Assembly (NCBI GenBank): GCA_965222155.1 | Contig: CBDCTH010000012.1 | Span: 320,001-384,000, forward strand | Origin: Gammaproteobacteria bacterium | Lineage (GTDB): Bacteria; Pseudomonadota; Gammaproteobacteria; Eutrophobiales; Eutrophobiaceae | Direction: 5' to 3' | Length of the DNA: 64,000 nucleotides | Shown here: piece after piece, positions 1 through 9,523 of the stretch | Layout of the letters: each line of letters opens with the position of its first letter | How positions within the stretch are numbered: the stretch's first letter is position 1 | Notes under the pieces: model-generated | The model's database searches: none | What the model was told of the DNA's origin: nothing | Seen by the model: only the letters and a program-made list of their open reading frames with translations | Made by a program: the position numbers and the translations under genes

Positions 1-942
1 CCGCCGACGGTAACCATGGAACCAAATAACCGGCATGCCGCGTATTACACAGAAAATACCCCATCCATGCCGCAGGAAAAAATACATCTTTACCTGAAAA
101 ACTGGGCCCAGGGAGGGCGCGGGCCGACGAGCTTGATGGTGAAGGAAGGCACAACCGCATGGACGGCCATAGAGGCGTTGAATAATAAGACGGCGATGAT
201 CAACGCCGCTTCGGAAACAGCCATGGTGGATGACGGCGTCGGCGCCGTTATGCAGAAACTGAAGGAACTGGGAATGGATCACAATACCATAGTGATCTAT
301 ACCTCGGACCAGGGCGCTTCCTACGGGCACCACGGTCTGTTTGGAAATACATCCTGGTCTTTTCCCTTTACGGCGCATAACATCAACATGCAGATTCCGC
401 TTATCGTCCGTCATCCCGGCAGGATTCCGCGTGGTATCGAAAGCTCCAGGTTCATCAACCAGTTTGACCTGTTTCCAACTTTACTGGGATACATTGGTAT
501 GGGCGATAAAAGCATTGCCAATACCCCGGGGAAAGACTTTTCGCCGATGCTGCTCGGTAAAGACATTGATAAATGGGATGATGCAGCGTTTTTTGAATTC
601 GTCACTGTCAGGGTAATCCGAACGCCGGGATGGAAGTACATGAAGCGGCTGGATGATGACGAGCCGAATACACTTTACGATCTCAGGAACGATCCTGAAG
701 AACGGGTGAACCTGATTGATCATCCCGCTTATATGGATGTCGCCAGGGAACTGGACAGGCGCCTTACGACCTTCTTCGACAGATACAGCGACAAAACCTA
801 TGACTTATGGAAAGGGGGTACGGCCAAGGGCATATTATTGCAAAAATACTATGGTCGTAACGATATCTTCACCAGCAGGTTCCCCGACTGGAAAGAACCT
901 TCACTCGAAAAAGCAAAACACATTTTTACCGACGTCAGGTAG
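1..942 (+). CDS. Sulfatase family protein (5'-partial)
   Basis: Frame is open from base 1. Motifs MVDDGVG, NTIVIYTSDQG, HHGLFG, IPLIVRHP, DLFPTLL and LYDLRNDPEERVNL are typical of sulfatase C-halves. Confidence 0.85.
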   Translation, partial: PPTVTMEPNNRHAAYYTENTPSMPQEKIHLYLKNWAQGGRGPTSLMVKEGTTAWTAIEALNNKTAMINAASETAMVDDGVGAVMQKLKELGMDHNTIVIYTSDQGASYGHHGLFGNTSWSFPFTAHNINMQIPLIVRHPGRIPRGIESSRFINQFDLFPTLLGYIGMGDKSIANTPGKDFSPMLLGKDIDKWDDAAFFEFVTVRVIRTPGWKYMKRLDDDEPNTLYDLRNDPEERVNLIDHPAYMDVARELDRRLTTFFDRYSDKTYDLWKGGTAKGILLQKYYGRNDIFTSRFPDWKEPSLEKAKHIFTDVR

Positions 943-954
943 AGGGTCGGCATC

Positions 955-2313
955 ATGAATAAATATTCCGGAAATATTCTCCTGATCATCGCGGTCTGTG
1001 GATTTTGTATCAGCAGCACCGGTCACACCAGACAGCCGAATCCTTACGCAGTCGGGCCGGAGACGATAATCATCCATGCAGGTAGTTTACTGGATATGCC
1101 CGGCAATCCGGCTAAGCAGCAACAAACCGTTGTTGTCAAGGGAGGAAAGATCGACAGCGTCCATGCCGGTTTTTTGGGAAAAAGTGAAATCGAAGGAAAT
1201 GATAATGACGAGGTCTTAATCGATTTACGCGATCAATTCGTCATGCCGGGTTTTATCGATTTGCACGTACATATCAGCAAGGAATATGGACAGAATGCGA
1301 AACTGGAAACTGTAACGATGGGCGATGCGGACAACTCGCTGACTGCTGCCATGTATGCGCATCGTACACTTGATGCCGGATTTACCACGATAAGGGACCT
1401 GGGTTCACGGGGTCGTTCAGTATTCGCTTTACGCGCTGCGATCAGGGCCGGAAAAGTTCCGGGCCCCAGGATTCTCGTAGCCGGCGAAGCTATTAGCGCT
1501 ACCGGCGGACACGGTGATATACATGGTTTCAGGCAGGAGGTACTGGAGGCCATCCCATCGACGGCAACCTGCGACGGGCCGGACTCCTGTCGTGCAGCCG
1601 TACGGCGACAGGTAAAACGCGGGGCTGACGTGATCAAGGTTACGGCAACCGGCGGCGTGTTAAGCGAAACAGCGGCGGGCACAGGCCAACAGCTTACCGA
1701 TGATGAACTGAAAGCCATCGTGGAAACCGCTCATAGTCTGGGGCGTAAAGTTACTGCTCATGCCCATGCCAGGGAGGGCATCGAAGCCGCCCTGCGCGCA
1801 GGCATGGATTCCATCGAACACGCCATGTGGGCGGATGAAGACACGATGAAGTTATTCGTCGAGACGGGGGCATGGATGATCCCGACCATTTATCCCATAA
1901 CAGCGGTCGGTGATACACCGGAGAAAATGAAAAAAGGCCCCTTTGGTCACTTGCCTGCACCCGTTATGGAAAAACTGCTGCAGTTGGGCAGACAACCCAA
2001 GGACATGGGCGCTTTGGCCTATAAAATGGGAGTGAAGATAGCTTTGGGAACAGATTCAGGCGTCTCTCCGCATGGAGAAAATCCCAATGAGTTTATCGAA
2101 TATGTCAACATCGGCATGTCAAACATGGAGGCGTTGATGGCGGGTACCATCAATGCGGCCATAGCCGCAGGCATTGAGAAAAAAACCGGTTCGCTTGAGT
2201 CCGGCAAGGCGGCAGATATCGTCGCGCTGCCGGGCAACCCGCTGGATGATATAAATGCGGTGCTGGAGGTCGGGTTTGTTATGCGGGATGGGATTGTTTT
2301 CAAACATCAATGA
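955..2313 (+). CDS. Secreted metal-dependent amidohydrolase (Xaa-Pro dipeptidase-like subgroup)
   Basis: Signal peptide; PGFIDLHVH, GFTTIRDLG, GGHGD, AHAH, SIEH, GTDSG and GKAADIV motifs. Confidence 0.85.
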   Translation: MNKYSGNILLIIAVCGFCISSTGHTRQPNPYAVGPETIIIHAGSLLDMPGNPAKQQQTVVVKGGKIDSVHAGFLGKSEIEGNDNDEVLIDLRDQFVMPGFIDLHVHISKEYGQNAKLETVTMGDADNSLTAAMYAHRTLDAGFTTIRDLGSRGRSVFALRAAIRAGKVPGPRILVAGEAISATGGHGDIHGFRQEVLEAIPSTATCDGPDSCRAAVRRQVKRGADVIKVTATGGVLSETAAGTGQQLTDDELKAIVETAHSLGRKVTAHAHAREGIEAALRAGMDSIEHAMWADEDTMKLFVETGAWMIPTIYPITAVGDTPEKMKKGPFGHLPAPVMEKLLQLGRQPKDMGALAYKMGVKIALGTDSGVSPHGENPNEFIEYVNIGMSNMEALMAGTINAAIAAGIEKKTGSLESGKAADIVALPGNPLDDINAVLEVGFVMRDGIVFKHQ

Positions 2314-3488
2314 ACAACAGACTATTCAGGCGTAAATTCATTCAACTGACATCAGCCGGCCTGGCGGCGCTCCCGTTCGGCTTGAAATCTCCTCCCGTAG
2401 AAGCCGGATCCCCGGCTATCAGGGACATGATAATCATTAATGCCCTGGGGGGATTATCCAACCAGAACCTGTGGGTCGAATCCCGGAGTAGCCAACGTAA
2501 GGGTGATGGCGGTAATTTGATTAAACGAATGCGTAGCGTAGATGCGCGTGCCATCAATGATACCCATGCTTCCGGAACAACCGCGATAAATGTCACTCTC
2601 GGCTATGTCTCGGGGCCGGAAGCGCCCTATGAGTATACTATTAAGGACATTTCTGAATGGAATTCAATAATACGTGAACAGCGCGCTGATCTTGTCAAGA
2701 TCTGGAGTGCGGAGGATATCCTGGCAGCGAAACGGGAAAATAAAATCGGTATAATTTTTGGTTTCCAGAACGCGGCAAGTGTCGGTGATGATACGGGTCG
2801 CGTTAAGGTCTTCGCCAATCTTGGCGTACGCATTATACAATTGACCTATAACGACCGTAATCAAATCGGCGACGGATGTGCAGTGCAGGAAAACAGTGGA
2901 TTAACGTCGTTCGGCCATAAAGTGGTCGAGGCCCTTAACCAATACAAGGTATTGGTGGACCTGAGCCACAGCGGGGAGCAAACCTGCCTGGATGCAATAA
3001 AGACGTCAGAGGCGCCCATCACGATTTCTCATACCGGCTGCCGGGCTATTACGAATCTACCCCGCAACAAGACCGATGAAGAATTACGCCTGGTTGCTGA
3101 GGGAGGAGGCATTGTCGGTATCTACTTCATGCCATTCCTGAAACGCGATGGTCACGCCCTGGCCGAAGATGTTGTCCGTCATATTGAGCACGCGCTTAAT
3201 GTATGCGGACAGGATCACGTAGGAATAGGTACTGATGGGGATGCGACTGCAATCGACGATATGACGAAATATCGAGTCGCTATCGCCGGCGAAGTGGAAC
3301 AACGTAAAAAAGCCGGTATTGGTGCCAGCGGAGAATCCAGCCAGGTTGTGCCGCTGGTGCCCGACTTGATGGGGCCGACACAATTTCAAAAACTCGCCGA
3401 CATGTTGCATAAGCGAGGCCACTCCACAAACAGCATTGAAAAAGTACTGGGTCTGAACTTTCTGAGACTGATGAAAGAGGTGTGGTGA
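2310..3488 (+). CDS. Membrane dipeptidase (peptidase M19), Tat-exported
   Basis: Twin-arginine signal FRRKFI; QLTYN, DLSHS, ISHTGC, RNKTDE, HVGIGTD motifs; ATGA overlap with the upstream gene. Confidence 0.85.
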   Translation: MNNRLFRRKFIQLTSAGLAALPFGLKSPPVEAGSPAIRDMIIINALGGLSNQNLWVESRSSQRKGDGGNLIKRMRSVDARAINDTHASGTTAINVTLGYVSGPEAPYEYTIKDISEWNSIIREQRADLVKIWSAEDILAAKRENKIGIIFGFQNAASVGDDTGRVKVFANLGVRIIQLTYNDRNQIGDGCAVQENSGLTSFGHKVVEALNQYKVLVDLSHSGEQTCLDAIKTSEAPITISHTGCRAITNLPRNKTDEELRLVAEGGGIVGIYFMPFLKRDGHALAEDVVRHIEHALNVCGQDHVGIGTDGDATAIDDMTKYRVAIAGEVEQRKKAGIGASGESSQVVPLVPDLMGPTQFQKLADMLHKRGHSTNSIEKVLGLNFLRLMKEVW

Positions 3489-3598
3489 GGCTCAGGACAA
3501 GATCATACTTTTTGTCCTAAGCAGGGAACTTAAGGATGTTATGGGGATCATAGCAGTATTACCCCCAACTTGAGGAGAAAATGATGAGTTTACCAGCC

Positions 3599-3710
3599 GT
3601 TCCCGCTAACTCCCGTGAGTTGGGGCATCCTGCCCTCGTGGAGGGCGAGACGCCCTCCCTCCCAGGGGAAATGCCCGTGACTCCTGGGGGACAGATTTAA
3701 ATCTGTCCCC
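3599..3710 (+). mobile_element. MITE-like repeat, copy 1 (partial, lacks the right end)
   Basis: Starts GTTCCCGCTAACTCCCG and shares the core GGGCATCCTGCCCTCGTGGAGGGCGAGACGCCCTCCCTCCCA with copies at 24294, 25194 and 32841. Confidence 0.8.
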
Positions 3711-3835
3711 TCCACACAAGAACAGTATGCGGGGGACACTCAAGCAGGCCGGGTGGAGTGATACGAGACGGGCGGAGATTCTATCTGGACAGTCCTTATA
3801 ACAGATATAAAAAAGTATGCGGTTGCCCTGGTCTC

Positions 3836-4054
3836 GTCATTCCGGCGCAGGCCGTCAAGAATAGAAAACCAGCTGTATAACTCAGTGCGTCATTCCGGCG
3901 CAGGCCGGAATCCAGTTAACAAACCAACCTTCTACCATAAGGAACCGTCTTTTTCGACTGGATTTGCATCCTACGCTCCGTTGACGGCACATCCCCCTGC
4001 TTACAGCCTGCAGGGGCAGGCTATGTGCCACTACTCGGCCTGCGCCGGAATGAC
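3836..4054. repeat. GTCATTCC-type palindromic repeat element
   Basis: GTCATTCCGGCGCAGGCCG at 3836 and 3889, with its inverse CGGCCTGCGCCGGAATGAC at 4036-4054. Relatives at 21733 and 55507. Confidence 0.75.
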
Positions 4055-4229
4055 GATAACCCGGATTCTAAAGTATGCGTTCGCCCTGTGGTCAGGCTGA
4101 TAAACTAAAAAATTTTATTTGCAATATACGGCGTCAGAGTATATCCTCATAGTCACAGGGTAGTTCACGGGGCGCGGCTTGCGCTGCGTGGGCTGTTAGG
4201 AAGGAGTTGCAGGAAAGTAACGGAGCATC

Positions 4230-5900
4230 ATGGAATTGTTACAAGGGATTTACGGGTTTACGGATAGGCCATCCCCGACAGGATACCGCTTTGGGATGGG
4301 ACGGGTTATTAAGGATGGGTCCGCGAGCAGGCGGATTGTCACCTGTCTGCTTTGCTTCACTGTTTTCGCCGCGTGCGCAAAATTCACTCCCGAACCGCCG
4401 ACGCCTTCGACAGGACATCTCACCGTAACAGCCGATACGAGCCTGTCCGGCGATATTCCCGAGATTGTCCGGCAACCCCCGCCCGTTCCTGAGCCTGCGC
4501 CGTTGCAGCACGAGGAAAGGTACACGGTAGTCGTTAATGAAGTCCCCGTAACGGAACTGTTGTTTGCCCTGGCGCGGGATGCGCAAGTGAATGTCGATAT
4601 TGCTCCGGGTATCAGCGGCCTTGTGACCATGAACGCGGTGGAGCAGACCTTGCCGCAGTTATTGCAGCGCATAGCCCGGCAGGCAGGCTTGCGCCATTCG
4701 ATAGAGGAAGACAGCGTATTCATCGCCCCGGACGAGCCGTATTTCCGCACCTACCGAATTGATTACCTGAACATGGCTCGTGATACGTCCCACGTCGTAC
4801 AGGTCGGTACACAGATTGCCGGAACCGGCAACAGTGCAGAAGGTGGCGGCGGAACGAATAATTCGACCACAACTATCGCCAGCACGATGTCCAACCATTT
4901 CTGGGCCAGCTTGGTGGCGAACGTCACTGCCATCCTGGATTCGGATGGTTCAGTCGACGCTAAGTCGATGGCTGGTAATGCCGTCATCCCCCATCCCGAA
5001 TCAGGTGTTTTGACCATAAAGGCAACCGCTGCACAACATGAATTACTGCAGAAACTGATTAACCAGACCCTCACCAACGCTAATCGCCAGGTGTTGATAC
5101 AGGCGACAATTGTCGAAGTGAGTCTGACGGACCAGTTCCAGGCCGGCATCGACTGGCAGGTGCTCAACCAGGCCGGTCTCGCCGGATTTAACCTGACAAC
5201 GAAAACGATCACGGCAAACCCCGTTAATGCCGCTTCCCTGTTTTCCCTGCGTTATGACGATCCCAACCCGGACCGGGAGCGGGTGTTCAGCGCCGCCCTG
5301 GAATTGCTGGAGGAGTTCGGCGACGTAAGCGTGTTGTCGAGTCCGCAGATCATGGCCCTGAACAATCAAACGGCCATCCTGAAGGTGGTCGATAACGTGG
5401 TCTATTTTGAAGTGGAACAGGAAAGCAACGTCACTCAGGGCGTTGCAGCCAGTACCTTTGAGACAATCGTAAAAACCGTACCGGTGGGCATAGTCATGAC
5501 TATCACGCCGCTCATCAAAGCCGATGATTCCATCATTCTTAACATCAGGCCCAGCATTTCCCGGATCAACCGGTTTGTCAACGACCCGAACCCGGCATTG
5601 TCGGTCACCAGCCCGGTACCGGAAATCCGGGTACGCGAAATGGAATCCATGTTGCAGTTGAAAAACGGCGAGATCGCGGTCATGGGCGGGCTGATGCAGG
5701 ATGAAAATCGCAAAAACGACAACGTCATTCCCGGGCTTTCCCGGATACCGGTCCTGGGCAATGCCTTCAAGATGGCTATGCGCGAGTACGGAAAGACCGA
5801 ACTGGTTATATTTCTGCGTCCGCTTATTATCCGTAACCCAAGCCTGGAGGGTGATTTCAGTTCTTATAAACAGTTCTTTCCGGGAGAAAACAATGAGTAA
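4230..5900 (+). CDS. MshL-like secretin (probable lipoprotein; true start may be 4296)
   Basis: Lipobox-like FAAC; QVLIQATIVEV, LSSPQIMALNNQTA, VMGGLM, IPGLSRIPVLG and KTELVIFLRP secretin motifs. Confidence 0.9.
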   Translation: MELLQGIYGFTDRPSPTGYRFGMGRVIKDGSASRRIVTCLLCFTVFAACAKFTPEPPTPSTGHLTVTADTSLSGDIPEIVRQPPPVPEPAPLQHEERYTVVVNEVPVTELLFALARDAQVNVDIAPGISGLVTMNAVEQTLPQLLQRIARQAGLRHSIEEDSVFIAPDEPYFRTYRIDYLNMARDTSHVVQVGTQIAGTGNSAEGGGGTNNSTTTIASTMSNHFWASLVANVTAILDSDGSVDAKSMAGNAVIPHPESGVLTIKATAAQHELLQKLINQTLTNANRQVLIQATIVEVSLTDQFQAGIDWQVLNQAGLAGFNLTTKTITANPVNAASLFSLRYDDPNPDRERVFSAALELLEEFGDVSVLSSPQIMALNNQTAILKVVDNVVYFEVEQESNVTQGVAASTFETIVKTVPVGIVMTITPLIKADDSIILNIRPSISRINRFVNDPNPALSVTSPVPEIRVREMESMLQLKNGEIAVMGGLMQDENRKNDNVIPGLSRIPVLGNAFKMAMREYGKTELVIFLRPLIIRNPSLEGDFSSYKQFFPGENNE

Positions 5901-6612
5901 CACGGAAATCCATCGGGGGGCAGGGATCAGAGCTATGTTTTTTCCGGCGTTGATTGTTTTCGGCGCCTGTGCCGTTTCCACGGTGCTCCAGTCCGTCGGG
6001 GCAGAACCGGATCCAGCGCCGATCAGTGTCATACGCACGGAAGCCGTCGAAAACAAGGACGACCAGGCGAATGCGGCTTACCGGGCTTACCAGGCCGGCA
6101 ATTTGGACGCTGCCAAATCCGGCTATGCAGACGTATTACAAACATATCCGGACAACCGCAATGCCATGCTGGGGCTGGCAGCTTGCGCAGTTAGGGAAGG
6201 AGATATCAAGACCGCGCAAAGCATGTATCAGCGAATAACCCGCGCCTTTCCGCAGGATACCTTCTCCAGAGCCGCGTTGATTGGCCTGCAAGGAGACCGG
6301 CAGGGAGAGCCCGTCATCAGGCAACTATTGTCAAGGCAACCGGATAACCCGTTTCTGTATGTTACCCTGGGTCAGCTCCTGGCAGCGCAAACGCGCTGGG
6401 CCGAGGCGCAACAAGCCTTTTCTGCAGCTCACCGTATGGAGCCTGCCAACCCGGTTTATACCCTTAACCTGGCTATCAGCCTGGACAGGATGGGGCAGAG
6501 AGAGGAAGCGCTGAGTTATTATCGCATCACCCTGAAACTGGTAGAGGCCGGCGCTTCGAACCTGGATATCCGGCCGGTCATCAGACGCATTCAGTCATTG
6601 CGACGGCCGTGA
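5893..6612 (+). CDS. Membrane-anchored TPR protein (MshN-like)
   Basis: ATG at 5893 overlaps the secretin stop; N-terminal hydrophobic segment; TPR helices (AYRAYQAGNLDAA, NLAISLDRMGQ). Confidence 0.75.
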   Translation: MSNTEIHRGAGIRAMFFPALIVFGACAVSTVLQSVGAEPDPAPISVIRTEAVENKDDQANAAYRAYQAGNLDAAKSGYADVLQTYPDNRNAMLGLAACAVREGDIKTAQSMYQRITRAFPQDTFSRAALIGLQGDRQGEPVIRQLLSRQPDNPFLYVTLGQLLAAQTRWAEAQQAFSAAHRMEPANPVYTLNLAISLDRMGQREEALSYYRITLKLVEAGASNLDIRPVIRRIQSLRRP

Positions 6613-8321
6613 CTATGTCCAATCCACACCTGCGTTTGGGCGAGATACTCGTCAGTAGAGGGATCGTTACATCCGACCAGCTTGAAATTGCGCTGCTGGA
6701 GCAGAAGAAGCACCGGGAGTTACTGGGGAAAATCCTGGTTCGCCTGGGGTTCGCAACTGAGGCGATCATTCATGATGTCATCAGTGGTGCGTTCGGGCAG
6801 CAGTGCGTTGATTTGCAATCCAGCGTGGCCGACAGTGAAGCGATAGCCATGGTCCCGGAAGAACTGGCCCGGAGTCTGCATGCCGTGCCTGTCAGCTATG
6901 ACTCAGTCCGCAGATTGCTGAAAGTAGCGCTGGCGGATACTTTTGACATTGTTGCCCTGGACCAGGTCAATGCTCACCTGGGCGGTGCGGCAGACGTTGT
7001 CCCCGTGCTCGCTGCAGAGGCGGAAATTGAGAAATCCATCGATCGGTTCTACGGCTATGAGCTGTCCGTTGACGGTATTCTGAACGAGATAGAAACGGGC
7101 GAACTCGACTACCAGAGCCTTGCCGCGCAGAGCAATGAATACAGCCAACCGGTTGTCCGCCTGGTCAATGCGCTGTTATCCGATGCGGTTAAGCGCGGTG
7201 CCTCGGATATCCATTTTGAGCCGGAACAGGGATTTCTCCGTTTTCGCTACCGCATAGACGGCGTACTCCGGCAGGTACGCAGCCTGCATAAAAACTACTG
7301 GTCGGCGCTTGTCGTCCGTGTGAAAGTAATGGCGGGGCTGGACATTGCCGAAACCCGCGCGCCGCAGGATGGCCGTATTTCCCTGTCCCTGTCTGGCCGG
7401 CAGGTGGATTTTCGCGTATCCACACTACCTACCCTGCACGGTGAAAATATAGTCCTGCGAGTCCTGGATCGGCAAAAAGGTATCGTTGCCCTGGATCAAT
7501 TGGGTCTGGCGAATTCGGATCTGACTGCTCTGAAGGACATGGTAACGCGTCCGGAAGGCCTCATCCTGGTGACCGGGCCTACCGGCAGCGGCAAGACCAC
7601 CACCTTGTACTCGGTTTTACAATACCTGAGCACCGAATCCGTCAATATCATGACCCTGGAAGACCCTGTTGAATATTCCACCTCCATGATCAGGCAGACC
7701 CAGGCCAACGCAACAACAAAACTCGATTTCGCCGACGGCATCCGATCGATACTGCGCCAGGACCCGGATGTTATCCTGGTCGGAGAAATACGCGATGAAG
7801 ACACCGCAACCATGGCCTTGCGCGCAGCCATGACCGGTCACCGAGTGTTTTCCACCCTGCATTCCAATTCTGCGGTCGGCGTCATCCCGCGCCTGCTCGA
7901 TATAGGCATCAAACCTGGAATCCTGGCTGGAAATATCATCGGCGTGGTGGCGCAAAGACTGGTGCGCAAGCTATGTAATGACTGTAAGGAACCGGTTGAC
8001 AGGAACTATCCCTTGCCCGACTCGCGAGTAGCAGATGAATCACTCATTGTTTACCGGCCCGTAGGGTGCCCGGCCTGCATAGATCAGGGCTATCGCGGCC
8101 GCATGGCATTGATGGAAATATTGTTGTTCGATTCTGACATGGACGAATTGGTTGCCCGTGGCGGAACGCCCCGGGAACTCTCCGGTATGGCCCTGGCAAA
8201 AGGTTTCAAGCCCCTCAGCGATGCAGCGATGAGCAAGATCGTTGAAGGTTCCACCAGCCTTGAAGAAGTTGCCCGCGTGGTGGATTTCGGCAATAGCCGG
8301 GCACAGGTCCGATATTCATGA
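6609..8321 (+). CDS. GspE/PilB/MshE assembly ATPase with N-terminal MshEN motif
   Basis: RLGEILVSRGIVTSDQLEIALLEQ; ASDIHFEP; Walker A GPTGSGKTT; LRQDPDVILVGEIRD; two CxxC motifs. Confidence 0.95.
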   Translation: MTMSNPHLRLGEILVSRGIVTSDQLEIALLEQKKHRELLGKILVRLGFATEAIIHDVISGAFGQQCVDLQSSVADSEAIAMVPEELARSLHAVPVSYDSVRRLLKVALADTFDIVALDQVNAHLGGAADVVPVLAAEAEIEKSIDRFYGYELSVDGILNEIETGELDYQSLAAQSNEYSQPVVRLVNALLSDAVKRGASDIHFEPEQGFLRFRYRIDGVLRQVRSLHKNYWSALVVRVKVMAGLDIAETRAPQDGRISLSLSGRQVDFRVSTLPTLHGENIVLRVLDRQKGIVALDQLGLANSDLTALKDMVTRPEGLILVTGPTGSGKTTTLYSVLQYLSTESVNIMTLEDPVEYSTSMIRQTQANATTKLDFADGIRSILRQDPDVILVGEIRDEDTATMALRAAMTGHRVFSTLHSNSAVGVIPRLLDIGIKPGILAGNIIGVVAQRLVRKLCNDCKEPVDRNYPLPDSRVADESLIVYRPVGCPACIDQGYRGRMALMEILLFDSDMDELVARGGTPRELSGMALAKGFKPLSDAAMSKIVEGSTSLEEVARVVDFGNSRAQVRYS

Positions 8322-9523
8322 GTTATTACAGGTATAAGGGGATCGATGCCCGCGGCCGCATGAAGAAAGGGAAAATGAGCGCCTCCAATGGAGCGGACCT
8401 GGAAATACGACTGCGGAAAATGGGACTGGAGCTGATCAGCTACAAAACAAACCGATCACCGGGCTTACGCCTGCCGCTACGCCGGGTGAAAAAGCGCGAC
8501 CTGATTTTATTTTGTTTTCACCTGGAACAGACCTTGCGCGCCGGCGTGTCTATCCTGGAAAGTCTGCAAGACCTGCGCGACAGCGCGGACAACCCCCGGT
8601 TACGGGAGGTCTGTGCGTCAATGCTTGAATCTATTGAAGGTGGCAAGACCTTGTCGGAAGCCATGCGCGAGTTTCCCGACGCGTTCAGCGAGGTATTCAT
8701 CAACCTGATCCGGGCGGGAGAGCAAACCGGCGATTTGGGCAGCATACTGGACAGGCTGGGAGCAAACCTGAAATGGCAGGACGAACAGGCATCCATGGCC
8801 GTGAAGCTGATCATATACCCGGTTTTCACCGGCACAGTCATCAGCGCCGTGGTGTTTTTTCTGATGACTTACCTGGTGCCGGAACTGCTGGCATTCGTCA
8901 GGACCACAGGTTCGGAATTACCAGCCCATACCGTATTGTTGATCACAGTATCCGGCGGGTTTGCCGACTATCGGTATCTTATTCTGTCTGCCCCGCCGTT
9001 GATTGCCATTCTCGTAGTTATCGGCGCCAAAACCAGTCCCGGATTCCGGCTTGCGCTGGATCGGTTCAAGTTATCTGCGCCGGTGGTTGGCCCGGTGCTG
9101 GAGAAGCTGATCCTGGCGCGGCTCTCCGGTCTGTTTGCCATGATGTATACATCGGGCATCACGGTTATCGATTGCATCAGCGCCGCTGAACGTAGCGCCG
9201 GCAATCTTGTCATTGAAAAGGCGATGAACAGCATCGGCAACGCTGTGGCGGACGGTAAAAGCCTGGCTGACAGCTTTGCGGCAAGCGGACTGTTCCCGCC
9301 CCTGATCCTGCGCATGATCCGGGTTGGAGAAACAACCGGCGCCCTGGCGCTGTCCCTTGAGAACGTTGCCTATTTCTACACGCGCGATGTGCGGGAGTCC
9401 ATAGGCAGACTGCAATCAATGATAGAACCGATAATGACGCTGTTGTTGGGAGTCATTATCGGCTGGGTCATGGTTTCCGTTTTAGGGCCGATTTATGATC
9501 TCATTACCGATCTCAGGATATAA
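8318..9523 (+). CDS. GspF/PilC/MshG inner-membrane platform protein
   Basis: AGEQTG, IYP, VGETTG and IEP motifs of the duplicated T2SSF domains. Confidence 0.92.
   Translation: MSYYRYKGIDARGRMKKGKMSASNGADLEIRLRKMGLELISYKTNRSPGLRLPLRRVKKRDLILFCFHLEQTLRAGVSILESLQDLRDSADNPRLREVCASMLESIEGGKTLSEAMREFPDAFSEVFINLIRAGEQTGDLGSILDRLGANLKWQDEQASMAVKLIIYPVFTGTVISAVVFFLMTYLVPELLAFVRTTGSELPAHTVLLITVSGGFADYRYLILSAPPLIAILVVIGAKTSPGFRLALDRFKLSAPVVGPVLEKLILARLSGLFAMMYTSGITVIDCISAAERSAGNLVIEKAMNSIGNAVADGKSLADSFAASGLFPPLILRMIRVGETTGALALSLENVAYFYTRDVRESIGRLQSMIEPIMTLLLGVIIGWVMVSVLGPIYDLITDLRI

Noticed and set aside
3711-3770. Possible HicA remnant (HKNSMRGTLKQAGW) after MITE copy 1
   Set aside because: Too short and degenerate to support.
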